A DNA stretch of 64,000 bases, taken from the NCBI GenBank assembly GCA_947494335.1, contig CANLUT010000003.1, forward strand, positions 135,381-199,380. Direction: 5' to 3'. The translations under genes and the position numbers were made by a program. This document shows positions 27,260 to 37,207 of the stretch, piece after piece. The first letter of the stretch is position 1; each line of letters opens with the position of its first letter. The notes below the pieces were generated by a model. That model made no database searches and was not told the DNA's origin. It was given only the letters and a program-made list of their open reading frames with translations. This stretch comes from Oligoflexales bacterium (lineage in GTDB: Bacteria > Bdellovibrionota_B > Oligoflexia > Oligoflexales > RGVZ01).

Positions 27260-28933
27260 TTATCCTCGAGTTAACGGCTTGTACTTAATCCTGTGAGGCT
27301 GATCCGCCGCAATTCCAAGGCGGCGCTTACGGTCGGCCTCGTAGTCTTGATAGTTTCCTTCAAACCAAACGACTTTCGAGTCTCCCTCAAATGCCAGGAT
27401 ATGGGTTGCTATGCGATCCAGGAACCAGCGGTCGTGACTGATGACACATACGCATCCAGAAAAGTTCAAGATGGCATCTTCCAGGGCTCGTAGCGTATCG
27501 ACGTCCAGGTCGTTGGTTGGCTCGTCGAGAAGCAAAAGGTTGCCGCCGCGCTTGATGCATTTTGCGAGATTTAGTCGATTACGTTCACCGCCGGACAGCC
27601 AGCCAACCTTCTTATTTTGGTCGGTGCCCTTAAACCCAAAGCTAGCAACGTATGCGCGCGATTGGATCTTTTGTCGACCCCATTCAAAGACTTCTTCGCC
27701 CTCAGAGAGGTCGTCAAATACAGACTTGTCACCATCTAGAGTATCTCTTGACTGATCGACGTAGGCAGTCTTCACGGTGTCACCCATACGAAGGTCGCCA
27801 ACACCAGGCTTTTCCACACCTGCAATCATTTTAAAGAGTGTTGATTTACCAGCTCCGTTCGGGCCGATAATTCCAACGATTGCTCCTTTGGGGAAGTTAA
27901 AGCTTAGGTTTTCAAAGAGTAGTTTGTCTCCAAAAGCTTTGGATACGCCTTTGGCCTCAACAACCAAGTCTCCCAGTCGGGGGGCTGGAGGCATTTTAAT
28001 CTCGTTGATCGTTTCGTAAGACTCTTGTTCTTGAGCTGCCATTTCTTCATATGCAGCAAGTCGCGCTTTGCTCTTGGCCTGCCGAGCCTTCGCCGACTGG
28101 CGAACCCAATCCAATTCTTTTGCTAAGGCCTTGCGACGAGCTGATTCCTGCTTTTCTTCAACCGCGAGTCGTTTTTGTTTCTGATCTAGCCAGCTGGAGT
28201 AGTTTCCTTCCCAGGGAATTCCAGATCCGCGGTCAAGTTCAAGGATCCATCCCGCAACATTATCCAAGAAATAACGATCGTGAGTTACAGCAACAACAGT
28301 GCCCGGGTAGTCATGGAGGAAGCGCTCAAGCCATGCGACGCTTTCGGCATCAAGATGGTTTGTAGGCTCGTCTAAAATCAGCATATCAGGCTTTTCAAGA
28401 AGCAGGCGACAAAGTGCCACGCGACGCTTCTCTCCACCCGATAAAACCTTAACGTCCGCATCTGGTGGGGGCAGTCGAAGTGCATCCATTGCAATTTCAA
28501 GATGACGATCAAGCTCCCAAAGGTTCTTGGCATCGATCTCAGCCTGCACTTTGCCCTGTTCATCAATGACTTTGTTCATCTCATCATCAGACATAGGCTC
28601 ACAGAGCTTCATCGAGAGATCTTCAAACTTCTTCAGCAGAGCCTTTTGATCCGCGACGGCTAGTTCCACATTGCCGAGTACGTCCTTCGTGGGATCGAGC
28701 TCCGGCTCTTGCGGGAGATAGCCAATTTTGAGGCCAGGCGCAGGAAATGCTTCCCCTTGAAAATTCTTATCAACCCCGGCCATGATCTTTAGAAGAGTCG
28801 ACTTACCAGAACCATTCAAACCAAGAACGCCGATTTTAGCGCCCGGTAAAAACGACAGATAGATTCCTTTTAGAACTTCTTTGGTTCCGTAAACCTTGCG
28901 AAGGTTTACCATGTTATAGACATACTGGGTCAC
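27260..28933 (-). CDS. ettA: Energy-dependent translational throttle protein EttA (ABC-F ATPase)
   Basis: Near-colinear with E. coli EttA: 'QYVYNM...[23 protein letters not shown]', '[43 protein letters not shown]', and a second ABC cassette '[14 protein letters not shown]'. Confidence 0.95.
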   Translation of the reverse strand: MTQYVYNMVNLRKVYGTKEVLKGIYLSFLPGAKIGVLGLNGSGKSTLLKIMAGVDKNFQGEAFPAPGLKIGYLPQEPELDPTKDVLGNVELAVADQKALLKKFEDLSMKLCEPMSDDEMNKVIDEQGKVQAEIDAKNLWELDRHLEIAMDALRLPPPDADVKVLSGGEKRRVALCRLLLEKPDMLILDEPTNHLDAESVAWLERFLHDYPGTVVAVTHDRYFLDNVAGWILELDRGSGIPWEGNYSSWLDQKQKRLAVEEKQESARRKALAKELDWVRQSAKARQAKSKARLAAYEEMAAQEQESYETINEIKMPPAPRLGDLVVEAKGVSKAFGDKLLFENLSFNFPKGAIVGIIGPNGAGKSTLFKMIAGVEKPGVGDLRMGDTVKTAYVDQSRDTLDGDKSVFDDLSEGEEVFEWGRQKIQSRAYVASFGFKGTDQNKKVGWLSGGERNRLNLAKCIKRGGNLLLLDEPTNDLDVDTLRALEDAILNFSGCVCVISHDRWFLDRIATHILAFEGDSKVVWFEGNYQDYEADRKRRLGIAADQPHRIKYKPLTRG

Positions 28934-29027
28934 AGATCAGCTCCCGCTAAAAATGGGTCTTGCTTTCACAAAATGATCCAGTTTTTTAGCAGTTTACGAA
29001 CTTATGCACAATAAGGATTCAGCCTGA

Positions 29028-29825
29028 TCAAAGGCCCAGCCAAACACCGCTGCTAACAATAAGTGAATAACCCCTGATCATGCCGGTAGACGTGTGAACG
29101 GTGGGTGATTGGCTTAAGCCTTCGGAGGATGAGCGTTTTATCACCTCTACTCGGGAGCGTGAGTACACTGGTATCGTCGAGCTGACTTTTAAATAGGCTG
29201 ACTCCACTCGAGTCATTAGTAATTCCGGTTCATTACCCATGGGGCGTGGTGCTTTTGTCCAACTCCAACCGATCCCAGGCATTAAGTAAATGGCCCCAAA
29301 TCCTGTCTTGAAGGACTGCTCCAGATAGTAATTTGACGGATCCTCGGGGTTTCCAGAAAACTTGCGGTTGCCCCCGATATTTCGCCCTGACAGGTCCATG
29401 TATCCACCTGCGACAAACAGTATGGGCGTCGATCCTTGTCTCAGTTCGGTTCCAGGAAAGCTGGTCCCGTATTCGATGTCCAGTCCTGAACCACTAAAGT
29501 CAGTATCGAAGGCGCCATCTCGCGCAGATGACCAAGGTCCAGCTAAAAAGTGAAAACGGCCAACCAGCCACGAGTTGTCTCGGATTTTTCCGTAACCAAA
29601 TGTGAATGCGCCTCCAACTCCATGCAGTTTTGAACTGTCAGGCGCCACAAACTGATTTTGGATGACCGAGGCGTCAAATGACCAGAACGTAGTGCGAGGG
29701 GGGCGTGTCTTAAGAAGAGTTTCATAGTCCAATGTTTCGCACCAAGCATTAGGAGCGTAAACTCCAGCCGACGAGATGGTGACCATCAAAATACGAGCTA
29801 AGAATTTATTATTTCGCGTGTTCAT
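29028..29825 (-). CDS. Hypothetical secreted protein, possibly an outer-membrane beta-barrel
   Basis: N-terminal signal-like segment 'KFLARILMVTISSAGVYA'. Gly/aromatic-rich alternating segments ('GGAFTFGYGK', 'WLVGRFHFLAG', 'FGAIYLMPGIGWSW'). The start overlaps the tatC 3' end by 17 nt. Confidence 0.4.
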   Translation of the reverse strand: MNTRNNKFLARILMVTISSAGVYAPNAWCETLDYETLLKTRPPRTTFWSFDASVIQNQFVAPDSSKLHGVGGAFTFGYGKIRDNSWLVGRFHFLAGPWSSARDGAFDTDFSGSGLDIEYGTSFPGTELRQGSTPILFVAGGYMDLSGRNIGGNRKFSGNPEDPSNYYLEQSFKTGFGAIYLMPGIGWSWTKAPRPMGNEPELLMTRVESAYLKVSSTIPVYSRSRVEVIKRSSSEGLSQSPTVHTSTGMIRGYSLIVSSGVWLGL

Positions 29826-30597
29826 GCTTGGATGAGTCCTGCCTGCCTCTCTTGATAAATCGAATGATCAATAGGGAAAGCTCAAACATAAGATAGCACG
29901 GAATGGCCATGCCAAGCATGGATATTGGATCTGGGGGAGTCAAAATGGCTGCGGCAATTAAAATACCAACGAAAATAATTCGTCGTTGGCTGGCCAGAGT
30001 CTCCGCAGAAACTATGTCCAGCATTGCCAGTAATATCAGAATTACCGGAGTCTCGAATACCAGTCCAAACCCAATCACCATCACTGTTACTAAACTCATG
30101 TAGTCGGTGATGGTGATGATCGGTGAAGCAACCTCTAATCCGATACCAACTAAGTATTGAAGTGCTGCTGGAATCATAAGGAAGTAGCAAAAAGCGACGC
30201 CCACCAAAAAGCAGCCAATTGTAGCGGCGATGAATGGGATAATATATTTGCGCTCTCGAGGATAAAGAGCGGGTTCGATAAATTTCCAGAATTGATAAAG
30301 CCAGATAGGGGCACCAAATACGACGGCCATCAAAAAAGCGACCTTAATGTTCACCATAAAGACATCCATGGGCCCGGTAAAGTGCAGAGCGTTGACGCCT
30401 TTGGGAAGTGCTTCTTCAAGTGGCTTTTTGAGTACGGACAATATTTTAGTGCTAAATGCGAGCGAGAGAACAAAGAGAATGAGAATTGAGAAAAGAGATT
30501 TTACAAGACGCGATCTGAGTTCGTCCAGGTGTCCCCAAAGCCCCATTGTTTTTCCGCCGTGGATCAACTGATCTTGCTGCTCAGACTCTCGGGACAT
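29809..30597 (-). CDS. tatC: Twin-arginine translocase subunit TatC
   Basis: 'MGLWGHLDELRSRLVKSLFSILILFV...' and a 6-TM layout. The ATG abuts the polA stop codon (TAAATG). Confidence 0.9.
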   Translation of the reverse strand: MSRESEQQDQLIHGGKTMGLWGHLDELRSRLVKSLFSILILFVLSLAFSTKILSVLKKPLEEALPKGVNALHFTGPMDVFMVNIKVAFLMAVVFGAPIWLYQFWKFIEPALYPRERKYIIPFIAATIGCFLVGVAFCYFLMIPAALQYLVGIGLEVASPIITITDYMSLVTVMVIGFGLVFETPVILILLAMLDIVSAETLASQRRIIFVGILIAAAILTPPDPISMLGMAIPCYLMFELSLLIIRFIKRGRQDSSKHEHAK

Positions 30598-33420
30598 TTA
30601 GTGGGCCTCCAACCAATTCGATCCCGCGCCAACCTCAACTTTAAGCGGAACGGAGAGTTTCATGGCCTGTTCCATGGCGTCGCGGACCAACGCTATAAGG
30701 TTGTCTTTGGCCGATTTGTCACACTCAAAAACCAATTCGTCATGGACTTGCATCAGCATCACGGCGTCCATTCCAGAGTCATCAAGACGATGTTGAATTT
30801 CAATCATGGCAAGTTTAATGAGATCGGCCGCACTTCCCTGAATGGGGCTATTTACTGCCATATTTTCGCCATTAACCATGACAAGCCGTTCCTTGGAGTG
30901 AATCTCCGGAATCGGACGGCGTCGGCCAGTCATGGTCCAGCTATATCCTGTTTCTCTTGTTTTCGCTTTTGCTTGCTCAATGTATTTCCGAATATTTGGA
31001 AATCCTTCAAAATACTTTTCGATGAATGATTTCGCCTCGGCCATGGAGACGCCAGTCTCACGCGCCAATCGCTGTGGACCCATGCCGTAAATAATCCCAA
31101 AGTTAATTGCTTTGGCATTTGAGCGAAGATCCGGGGTTACTTTGTCTGGTGTCACGCCAAAGATGCGGCAAGCAGTCGCCGTGTGAATGTCTAGTCCACT
31201 CGCAAATGCTGACTTGAGGCCTACATCGTCTGCGATGTGGGCTAGCAGTCTTAATTCGATTTGTGAGTAATCGGCAGAAACAATAAGTCGGTTGGGCGAA
31301 GGTGCACTAAATGCCTTTCTAATCTCTCGCCCCTCGTCCTTTCTGATAGGTATATTCTGTAGATTAGGATCGCTGGAACTGAGTCGGCCTGTTGCGGTTC
31401 CTGTTTGATGAAAGTTTGTGTGAATACGCCCGGTCTTTTGACTGATCAGTTGCGGGAGCGTGTCAACATAGGTGTTTTTTAGCTTGGTAACCGTCCGATA
31501 TTCCAAAATTGCGCGCGGGAGAGGATGTTCAGCCATTGACTCGAGGACTGATACATCCGTTGAGTAGCCAGTTTTTGTCTTTTTTAACCGTGTAAGTCCA
31601 AGTTTGGTGTGGATGGCAAGCTTTTCGAAAAGTATTTGCTGAAGCTGCTTGGTGCTATTTATGTTAAATGTTTCACCGGCCTCGCTATAGATAGTTTGTT
31701 CCAGGTCTTTAGCGCGGCGATCCAGCTTGGTTGATATTTCTGCCAAGGCGTCGGCATCGACGTAAACACCGGTTTGTTCCATCTTTCCTATAATTGGTGC
31801 AAGGGGCACTTCGATCGTTGCATAGACCTCATAAAGGTTTTCTTCGTGCAACCGTTTCAGTAAATGATCATTCAGCCTGAGGACAATGTCTGCATCTTCG
31901 CAGGCATACGCCGTTAAATCATCCAGTGGGACGTCGATCATAGGGGTTTGATATTTAGGCCCCATCAATGCGGTGGTGGGTGTTTTTTTGAAGTGGAGCT
32001 GTTCAAGTGCGCAAAAGTCCAGGCCGTGCTCGCGCGACAGTGGATTGATGACATAGCTCGCCAGCATTGTGTCCCCGAATGGTCCGACAACAGGGATGTC
32101 AATATTACTGAGCATCTGAATGTCAAACTTCAAATTATGCGCGATTTTCGTCTTATTTTTATCTGCGAAAATTGGCCTTAGTTGATCTTTGATGAAGTCA
32201 GGTGTTACCCAACCAGTAAGATGGTTGGTGACGAGGGGGATATAATAAGCGGAGCCAGATTTAAACGATACACTTACGCCAATCGGAACATCAGTCGTGC
32301 GGTCCAAACCGGTCGTCTCAGTGTCGAAACTAAACGTAGTACAATCCTTAAGTTGCTGTACAACTTTTAAAATGAGTTCTGCCGTGTTGGCGAGTATGTA
32401 GTCTGATCCAAGTTTGTCTTTGCTGCCATTGTTAGGCAGATCGTTTTTTAAGTTGGAGTTTGTATCTATTTCCTGCTTAGACGAAGGGCTAATAGTAGAT
32501 GATTGGGGTCGGTTACCCCCAGTTAATTTATCTTTGATTTTGGTGGTTAAACCGCGGAATTCAAGCTTGGTAAATAAGTCCAGCAGCTTTTCGTTGGCAA
32601 GAGCGTCATCATTGAGGCGCATTTCTGATTCTAGCACGTCGAGTGGAATGTCAGTTTTAATGGTAACGAGCTCGCGTGACAAAAACGCATTATCTTTGTC
32701 CGCCTGAAGCGCATTTTTCAATTTTGCATTCGATACTTTTTCAATATTCCCGTAGATGCCCTCAAGTGACCCGTACTCGGCAATCAGTTTTGCTGCCCCT
32801 TTGTCTCCGATGCCGTGGACTCCGGGAACATTGTCTGAAGTGTCTCCGATCAGTGCGAGCACTTCAATGACCTGTTCCGGTTTGCAGCCAAATTTGTCAT
32901 GAACACCTTGATGACCAACAAGCAGCGACGGCTCATTTTTTTTGGGAGCGTAGAGGTATACAGTCGAGTTGATGAGCTGCATAAAGTCTTTGTCGCCAGA
33001 GACAATAAAACAGTGCATGTCATCGCGAGCAAATTTTTTGCAAATGGATCCGATTAGATCATCCGCCTCCATTCCAGGCTGTCTTAAAACAGGAATACCC
33101 ATGGCCGAAAACAACTCAAAAAAATACGGTAGCTGATCTGCCAAGTCCTGCGGCATTTCCGAGCGATTCGCTTTGTACTGTGGGTAAATTTCGTGGCGAA
33201 ATGTTTTTTCTTTGCTGTCGGTGGCAACAATCACCAAGTCCGGTTTTTCGTCCTCAATGAGCTTCATCATGAACATTGCGCTGCCGAACACAGCTGACGT
33301 GTGAATTCCACTGGAAGTCATCAGAGGGCGTTGGCCAAATGCATGATAATTACGGAAAGCCATGGCCATGGCATCAATTATGAAAAGTTTCTTCGGAGTT
33401 CCCATCAAATTTGCTTTCAC
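30598..33420 (-). CDS. polA: DNA polymerase I
   Basis: 5' nuclease 'KLFIIDAMAMAFRNYHA'. 3'-5' exonuclease ExoI 'FSFDTETTGLD'. Polymerase motif A 'SADYSQIELRLLAH', motif B 'RSNAKAINFGIIYGM', motif C 'LMQVHDELVFE'. Confidence 0.95.
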   Translation of the reverse strand: MKANLMGTPKKLFIIDAMAMAFRNYHAFGQRPLMTSSGIHTSAVFGSAMFMMKLIEDEKPDLVIVATDSKEKTFRHEIYPQYKANRSEMPQDLADQLPYFFELFSAMGIPVLRQPGMEADDLIGSICKKFARDDMHCFIVSGDKDFMQLINSTVYLYAPKKNEPSLLVGHQGVHDKFGCKPEQVIEVLALIGDTSDNVPGVHGIGDKGAAKLIAEYGSLEGIYGNIEKVSNAKLKNALQADKDNAFLSRELVTIKTDIPLDVLESEMRLNDDALANEKLLDLFTKLEFRGLTTKIKDKLTGGNRPQSSTISPSSKQEIDTNSNLKNDLPNNGSKDKLGSDYILANTAELILKVVQQLKDCTTFSFDTETTGLDRTTDVPIGVSVSFKSGSAYYIPLVTNHLTGWVTPDFIKDQLRPIFADKNKTKIAHNLKFDIQMLSNIDIPVVGPFGDTMLASYVINPLSREHGLDFCALEQLHFKKTPTTALMGPKYQTPMIDVPLDDLTAYACEDADIVLRLNDHLLKRLHEENLYEVYATIEVPLAPIIGKMEQTGVYVDADALAEISTKLDRRAKDLEQTIYSEAGETFNINSTKQLQQILFEKLAIHTKLGLTRLKKTKTGYSTDVSVLESMAEHPLPRAILEYRTVTKLKNTYVDTLPQLISQKTGRIHTNFHQTGTATGRLSSSDPNLQNIPIRKDEGREIRKAFSAPSPNRLIVSADYSQIELRLLAHIADDVGLKSAFASGLDIHTATACRIFGVTPDKVTPDLRSNAKAINFGIIYGMGPQRLARETGVSMAEAKSFIEKYFEGFPNIRKYIEQAKAKTRETGYSWTMTGRRRPIPEIHSKERLVMVNGENMAVNSPIQGSAADLIKLAMIEIQHRLDDSGMDAVMLMQVHDELVFECDKSAKDNLIALVRDAMEQAMKLSVPLKVEVGAGSNWLEAH

Positions 33421-33845
33421 TTTTTGTCCTTGGCTACGGCGATCGCTTTCATCTCAATGAGATTTAGTCCAGGAAGCTCTTTGACGGCGATCGTAGTTCT
33501 GGTAGGGGGAGGAGATACGTCCTTAAAAAACTCGTTCCAGACTTTATTCATGATCGGGAACTGGTCTGTCATACTTGTGAGGAACACCTGAATATCAATA
33601 ATCTGATGTTTGGTTAGCCCCTCAACGGCGAGGACGGCATCGATGTTTCTGAAAACCCCACGGACCTGAGCTTCAAAATCAATTGTGGTGACATTTCCGC
33701 TTTTATCGAATGTCACCCCCGCCCACACATCTGTTTCCGGATCCCGGCACCCCTGTCCTGCAATAAAGACAAGATGGCCAGCTTGTCTGGCATGGCTATA
33801 GTGGGCGAGTGGTTTGGTTAAATTTTCTTTGGATTCGGTTGCCAT
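33417..33845 (-). CDS. RidA/YjgF/TdcF family protein
   Basis: 'HLVFIAGQGCRDPETD' and the C-terminal 'PTRTTIAVKELPGLNLIEMKAIA' pattern. The stop codon overlaps the polA GTG start. Confidence 0.8.
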   Translation of the reverse strand: MATESKENLTKPLAHYSHARQAGHLVFIAGQGCRDPETDVWAGVTFDKSGNVTTIDFEAQVRGVFRNIDAVLAVEGLTKHQIIDIQVFLTSMTDQFPIMNKVWNEFFKDVSPPPTRTTIAVKELPGLNLIEMKAIAVAKDKK

Positions 33846-34058
33846 CCTGCGTTTTCCATTCCTTTTGAGCGTCTGGTCATGGATTTGATCGATCAGTTAA
33901 TGACCTTATTCTCCATGTGTCCACCAAAAAGAGCGTGGGCGCGAACTTCAGCGGCAGCTAGAAGCAGGACGGTGTTTGACACGCGCTGCGGTATCTGGTT
34001 CTAATGTCTCGTCAGGACTGCTATTTTGACCAAAAAAGAAGCAATCAAAGGAGTTGCC

Positions 34059-35015
34059 GTGAGTAAGAATTGCACAAGCTGGATTGCATCCATTTTTTTG
34101 ATTTTTCTTTCCTGTCTGCCAATGACCGCAAAACTTCAGGCCGCAGACGCTGCAGTAAAAGGCGAAAAGAGCAAGGATGACGGGCCTGCGGCCACGTCTT
34201 GGTCTCAATTGAATGTTGAGAAGCGCTGTGAAGGACTTCTCAAATTTTTCAATGAGCAGTCAGTGGCAAACACTCCCGATTGGAAAATGATCAAGCCTCA
34301 GTGCGTGATCTCTGGAAGCGTGGATAAAGACACGTCATGGTCATTTGAGGCCAGTTGGCAACGGGGTGCAAAGGCGCTTCCCCTGCGCTTCGTGGTGGCT
34401 GAGACGCGTCAGCAGAAACCGCGGACGTCCTGGTGTGTGATTAAAGGAAAGAAGTCCGGCTGTGCCTCGCCGTGGGAGAATTCATTTGCTACGGGTGATC
34501 TATTCGTAAAAAAAGAGGAGGCCCTGTCTGCGTTTCAAGGAGTCGTCAAAATGTCACAAGGTTTTTTAGGTATGGCGACAAAGCTCGATGAATGGGTGAG
34601 CAAACCAGGTGGCGATTACAAGATTTTTGATTTGACTTATCCAGAATGGGTAAAAGCTTGGTCTAAGTCGACCCGTTCGCTTCCGGTTAAAAAGGAAATT
34701 TTCAAATCAGACTTCAAAGCTGACGGCGAGGGAGCGTTGACGGGCTTAGTGATGCCCAAGGATCAGATTCCATCGGAGCTTAGAGAATGCTTGGGTTGTG
34801 CAAAAACACCCTGCGAAAAGGCGCCTATTTCGTTCGTGTTTTGGGGCTTAGGTCTGACTATTTCTCGTGAAACGACGCCAGACGAGCGCCAAGCAAGCGG
34901 ACAGAAGTCCGGACGCGCGACGTGGGTCATGCTTGAGCCGACGCCGTTTGTTGGCCGTGAACCAAAATGGCCATTTATGTGTGGAGCCCACCGCATGAGT
35001 ATTCAGAAGTTATAA
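34059..35015 (+). CDS. Hypothetical secreted protein
   Basis: AAAGGAG Shine-Dalgarno 5-6 nt before GTG 34059. Hydrophobic signal 'WIASIFLIFLSCLPMTAKLQA|AD'. Trp/Cys-rich, with no recognisable family. Confidence 0.5.
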   Translation: MSKNCTSWIASIFLIFLSCLPMTAKLQAADAAVKGEKSKDDGPAATSWSQLNVEKRCEGLLKFFNEQSVANTPDWKMIKPQCVISGSVDKDTSWSFEASWQRGAKALPLRFVVAETRQQKPRTSWCVIKGKKSGCASPWENSFATGDLFVKKEEALSAFQGVVKMSQGFLGMATKLDEWVSKPGGDYKIFDLTYPEWVKAWSKSTRSLPVKKEIFKSDFKADGEGALTGLVMPKDQIPSELRECLGCAKTPCEKAPISFVFWGLGLTISRETTPDERQASGQKSGRATWVMLEPTPFVGREPKWPFMCGAHRMSIQKL

Positions 35016-35082
35016 AACTGGTGGTCTTCGACAACTTATTTTTTAACTCAAGAATTGCTATGCGCAGAAGCGGAGTCCTCTA

Positions 35083-36957
35083 ATGACAATAAAACAGCTG
35101 ACCGATGAACAGATCCGAACGATGACCCTAGAGGAGAAGGATCGTTGGTGGCTGGAAAACTGTTACCGAGGTGATATGCCTCAGCTCACCTTACGATCAG
35201 CTCTTACCGGAATGATCATCGGCGGTGTTCTAAGCGTCACAAACTTGTACGTTGGAATAAAGACGGGGTGGACACTTGGGATCGGCATTACATCGGTAGT
35301 CCTTGCCTTTGCTTTTTTCAAGTTACTGTCGCGAGTTGGTTGGGGACAGGAAATAACCATTCTTGAAAATAACGCGATGCAGTCTATCGCAACCTCTGCT
35401 GGGTATATGACGGCCCCGCTGATTTCGTCGATTTCCGCTTACATGGTTGTGACTAATTCTATGATCCCCCAGTATCAAACTATCGTTTGGATATCGCTTT
35501 TGTCGCTGATGGGTGTGTTTTTTGCGTTTCCGCTTAAAAAGCGTTTTATCAATGACGAGCAGTTGCCCTTTCCGGAAGGACGGGCTGCAGGCGTTGTCAT
35601 GTCAAACCTTCACTCATCAGATGGTGGAAAAGATGGGATTTTAAAAGCTCAGATTCTTATTTTCGGCGCGCTGATCAGTGCAGCCGTAGAGTTGTTTCGT
35701 AGTGAAAAAATTATGGAGCATCTTCGGATTAAGTTTTTGATGCTGCCAGAGCACTGGGACGATTTTATCTATAAGTTTTTGACGCCCAAGATACTGGGAA
35801 CACCTCTTAAGGATTTGACGATTCGATGGGAGTCGTCACTCGTGATGATGGCCACGGGTGGTCTGATGGGTATCAAGGTTGGCGCCTCGCTACTCCTTGG
35901 CGCCATCATAAATTATTGTTTTCTAGTTCCTTGGGCATTGTCAGAGGGCATCATCGCTTCGGCAAGCTATAAACAGATCAATATGTGGCTTCTGTGGGGT
36001 GGAGTGGCTATGATGACAACATCATCGCTTTACGCTTTTTTTGCGAAGCCAGACATCATCTTGGCAGCATTCAAGAGAAAGAATTCTGTGAAGAAAAAAG
36101 ATATTCTTCACCACATCGAGTTGCCCGTTTCAATCTCATTGATCGGAATTCCCATCACCGGTCTCATCATGATGTGGCTTGGTCAAATATGGTTTAACAT
36201 CGAATGGTGGGTATCTCTTATCGCGATACCTCTTGTTTTTGTGTTCACATTGATCGCGGTAACATCTACGGGACTCACAGCGATCACTCCAGGTGGGGCT
36301 TTAGGTAAGCTCACGCAATTGACCTTCGCCATCATAAAGCCGGGAGACATGGGAACCAACATCATGACCGCCGGAATCAACGGCGAGGTCGCTCTCAATG
36401 CATCGAATCTTTTGATGGACATAAAACCTGGTTATATGTTGGGTGGAAAGCCTCGGCACCAGGCAATTGGACACTGTCTAGGGATCATCGCTGGAGCCAT
36501 TGTGGCGGTCCCGGTTTTTTACCTTCTAATTCAAAATGATATTTCCAGAATCACCTCAGCGTCACTTCCAATGCCCGGGGCGAGTATTTGGATTGCAGTC
36601 GCTGAGGTTTTGGCTAAGGGGCTTTCTGTTTTGCCTGATTCCACCCGCATCGCTGTGGTGATTGGAGCTTTAGTTGGCATACTCATTGAGTTTTTGAATC
36701 GGAGATCACAAGGTCGTTTCCCAATTTCTGCCATGGGACTTGGGCTTTCATTCGTTTTAAAGTTTTCTGATTGTTGGGCTATGGCAGCAGGAAGTCTGTT
36801 CTTCTGGTTCATGTCTCGTCACTTCGGCGAGCGTACCGATTCGAAAATGTCGGCCATTTTCAGGGACAATCAGGAGACTCTCTGCGCCGGCGTGATCGCC
36901 GGAGGATCAATCATGGGGATTGTGCTCATCATTATGGAGACCATCGTCCTGGCCTAG
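35083..36957 (+). CDS. OPT-family oligopeptide transporter
   Basis: 'LTLRSALTGMIIGGVLSVTNLYVGIKTGWTLGIGITS' N-terminal signature. A polytopic protein of about 620 aa. Confidence 0.8.
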   Translation: MTIKQLTDEQIRTMTLEEKDRWWLENCYRGDMPQLTLRSALTGMIIGGVLSVTNLYVGIKTGWTLGIGITSVVLAFAFFKLLSRVGWGQEITILENNAMQSIATSAGYMTAPLISSISAYMVVTNSMIPQYQTIVWISLLSLMGVFFAFPLKKRFINDEQLPFPEGRAAGVVMSNLHSSDGGKDGILKAQILIFGALISAAVELFRSEKIMEHLRIKFLMLPEHWDDFIYKFLTPKILGTPLKDLTIRWESSLVMMATGGLMGIKVGASLLLGAIINYCFLVPWALSEGIIASASYKQINMWLLWGGVAMMTTSSLYAFFAKPDIILAAFKRKNSVKKKDILHHIELPVSISLIGIPITGLIMMWLGQIWFNIEWWVSLIAIPLVFVFTLIAVTSTGLTAITPGGALGKLTQLTFAIIKPGDMGTNIMTAGINGEVALNASNLLMDIKPGYMLGGKPRHQAIGHCLGIIAGAIVAVPVFYLLIQNDISRITSASLPMPGASIWIAVAEVLAKGLSVLPDSTRIAVVIGALVGILIEFLNRRSQGRFPISAMGLGLSFVLKFSDCWAMAAGSLFFWFMSRHFGERTDSKMSAIFRDNQETLCAGVIAGGSIMGIVLIIMETIVLA

Positions 36958-36984
36958 GCTAAATAGGACAGTTAGGTTGGGATG

Positions 36985-37019
36985 GTGAACAAAGACAGGC
37001 CACTGTCTAGGGTGTTCAC
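36985..37019 (+). other. Nested stem-loop downstream of the OPT gene, in the long citrate synthase leader
   Basis: GTGAACA (36985-36991) pairs with TGTTCAC (37013-37019), with an inner GACAG/CTGTC pair. No T-run follows, so terminator function is uncertain. Confidence 0.3.
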
Positions 37020-37207
37020 TTAAAACTCCACGAAACCGCCATGAATTTGCTTATTTTGTGGTCATGCCAATACGTGAATCCTCGACGTGGCGCGTCCTCT
37101 GATTTCGTTACGAGTTTGCTCTAAGTCATTATTTCCAGTAGCATATAGGCGAGTTTGAACACTGACATTTGTTTCGGAAGAAATCTTATTTTTTGCAGAG
37201 GTTGATC

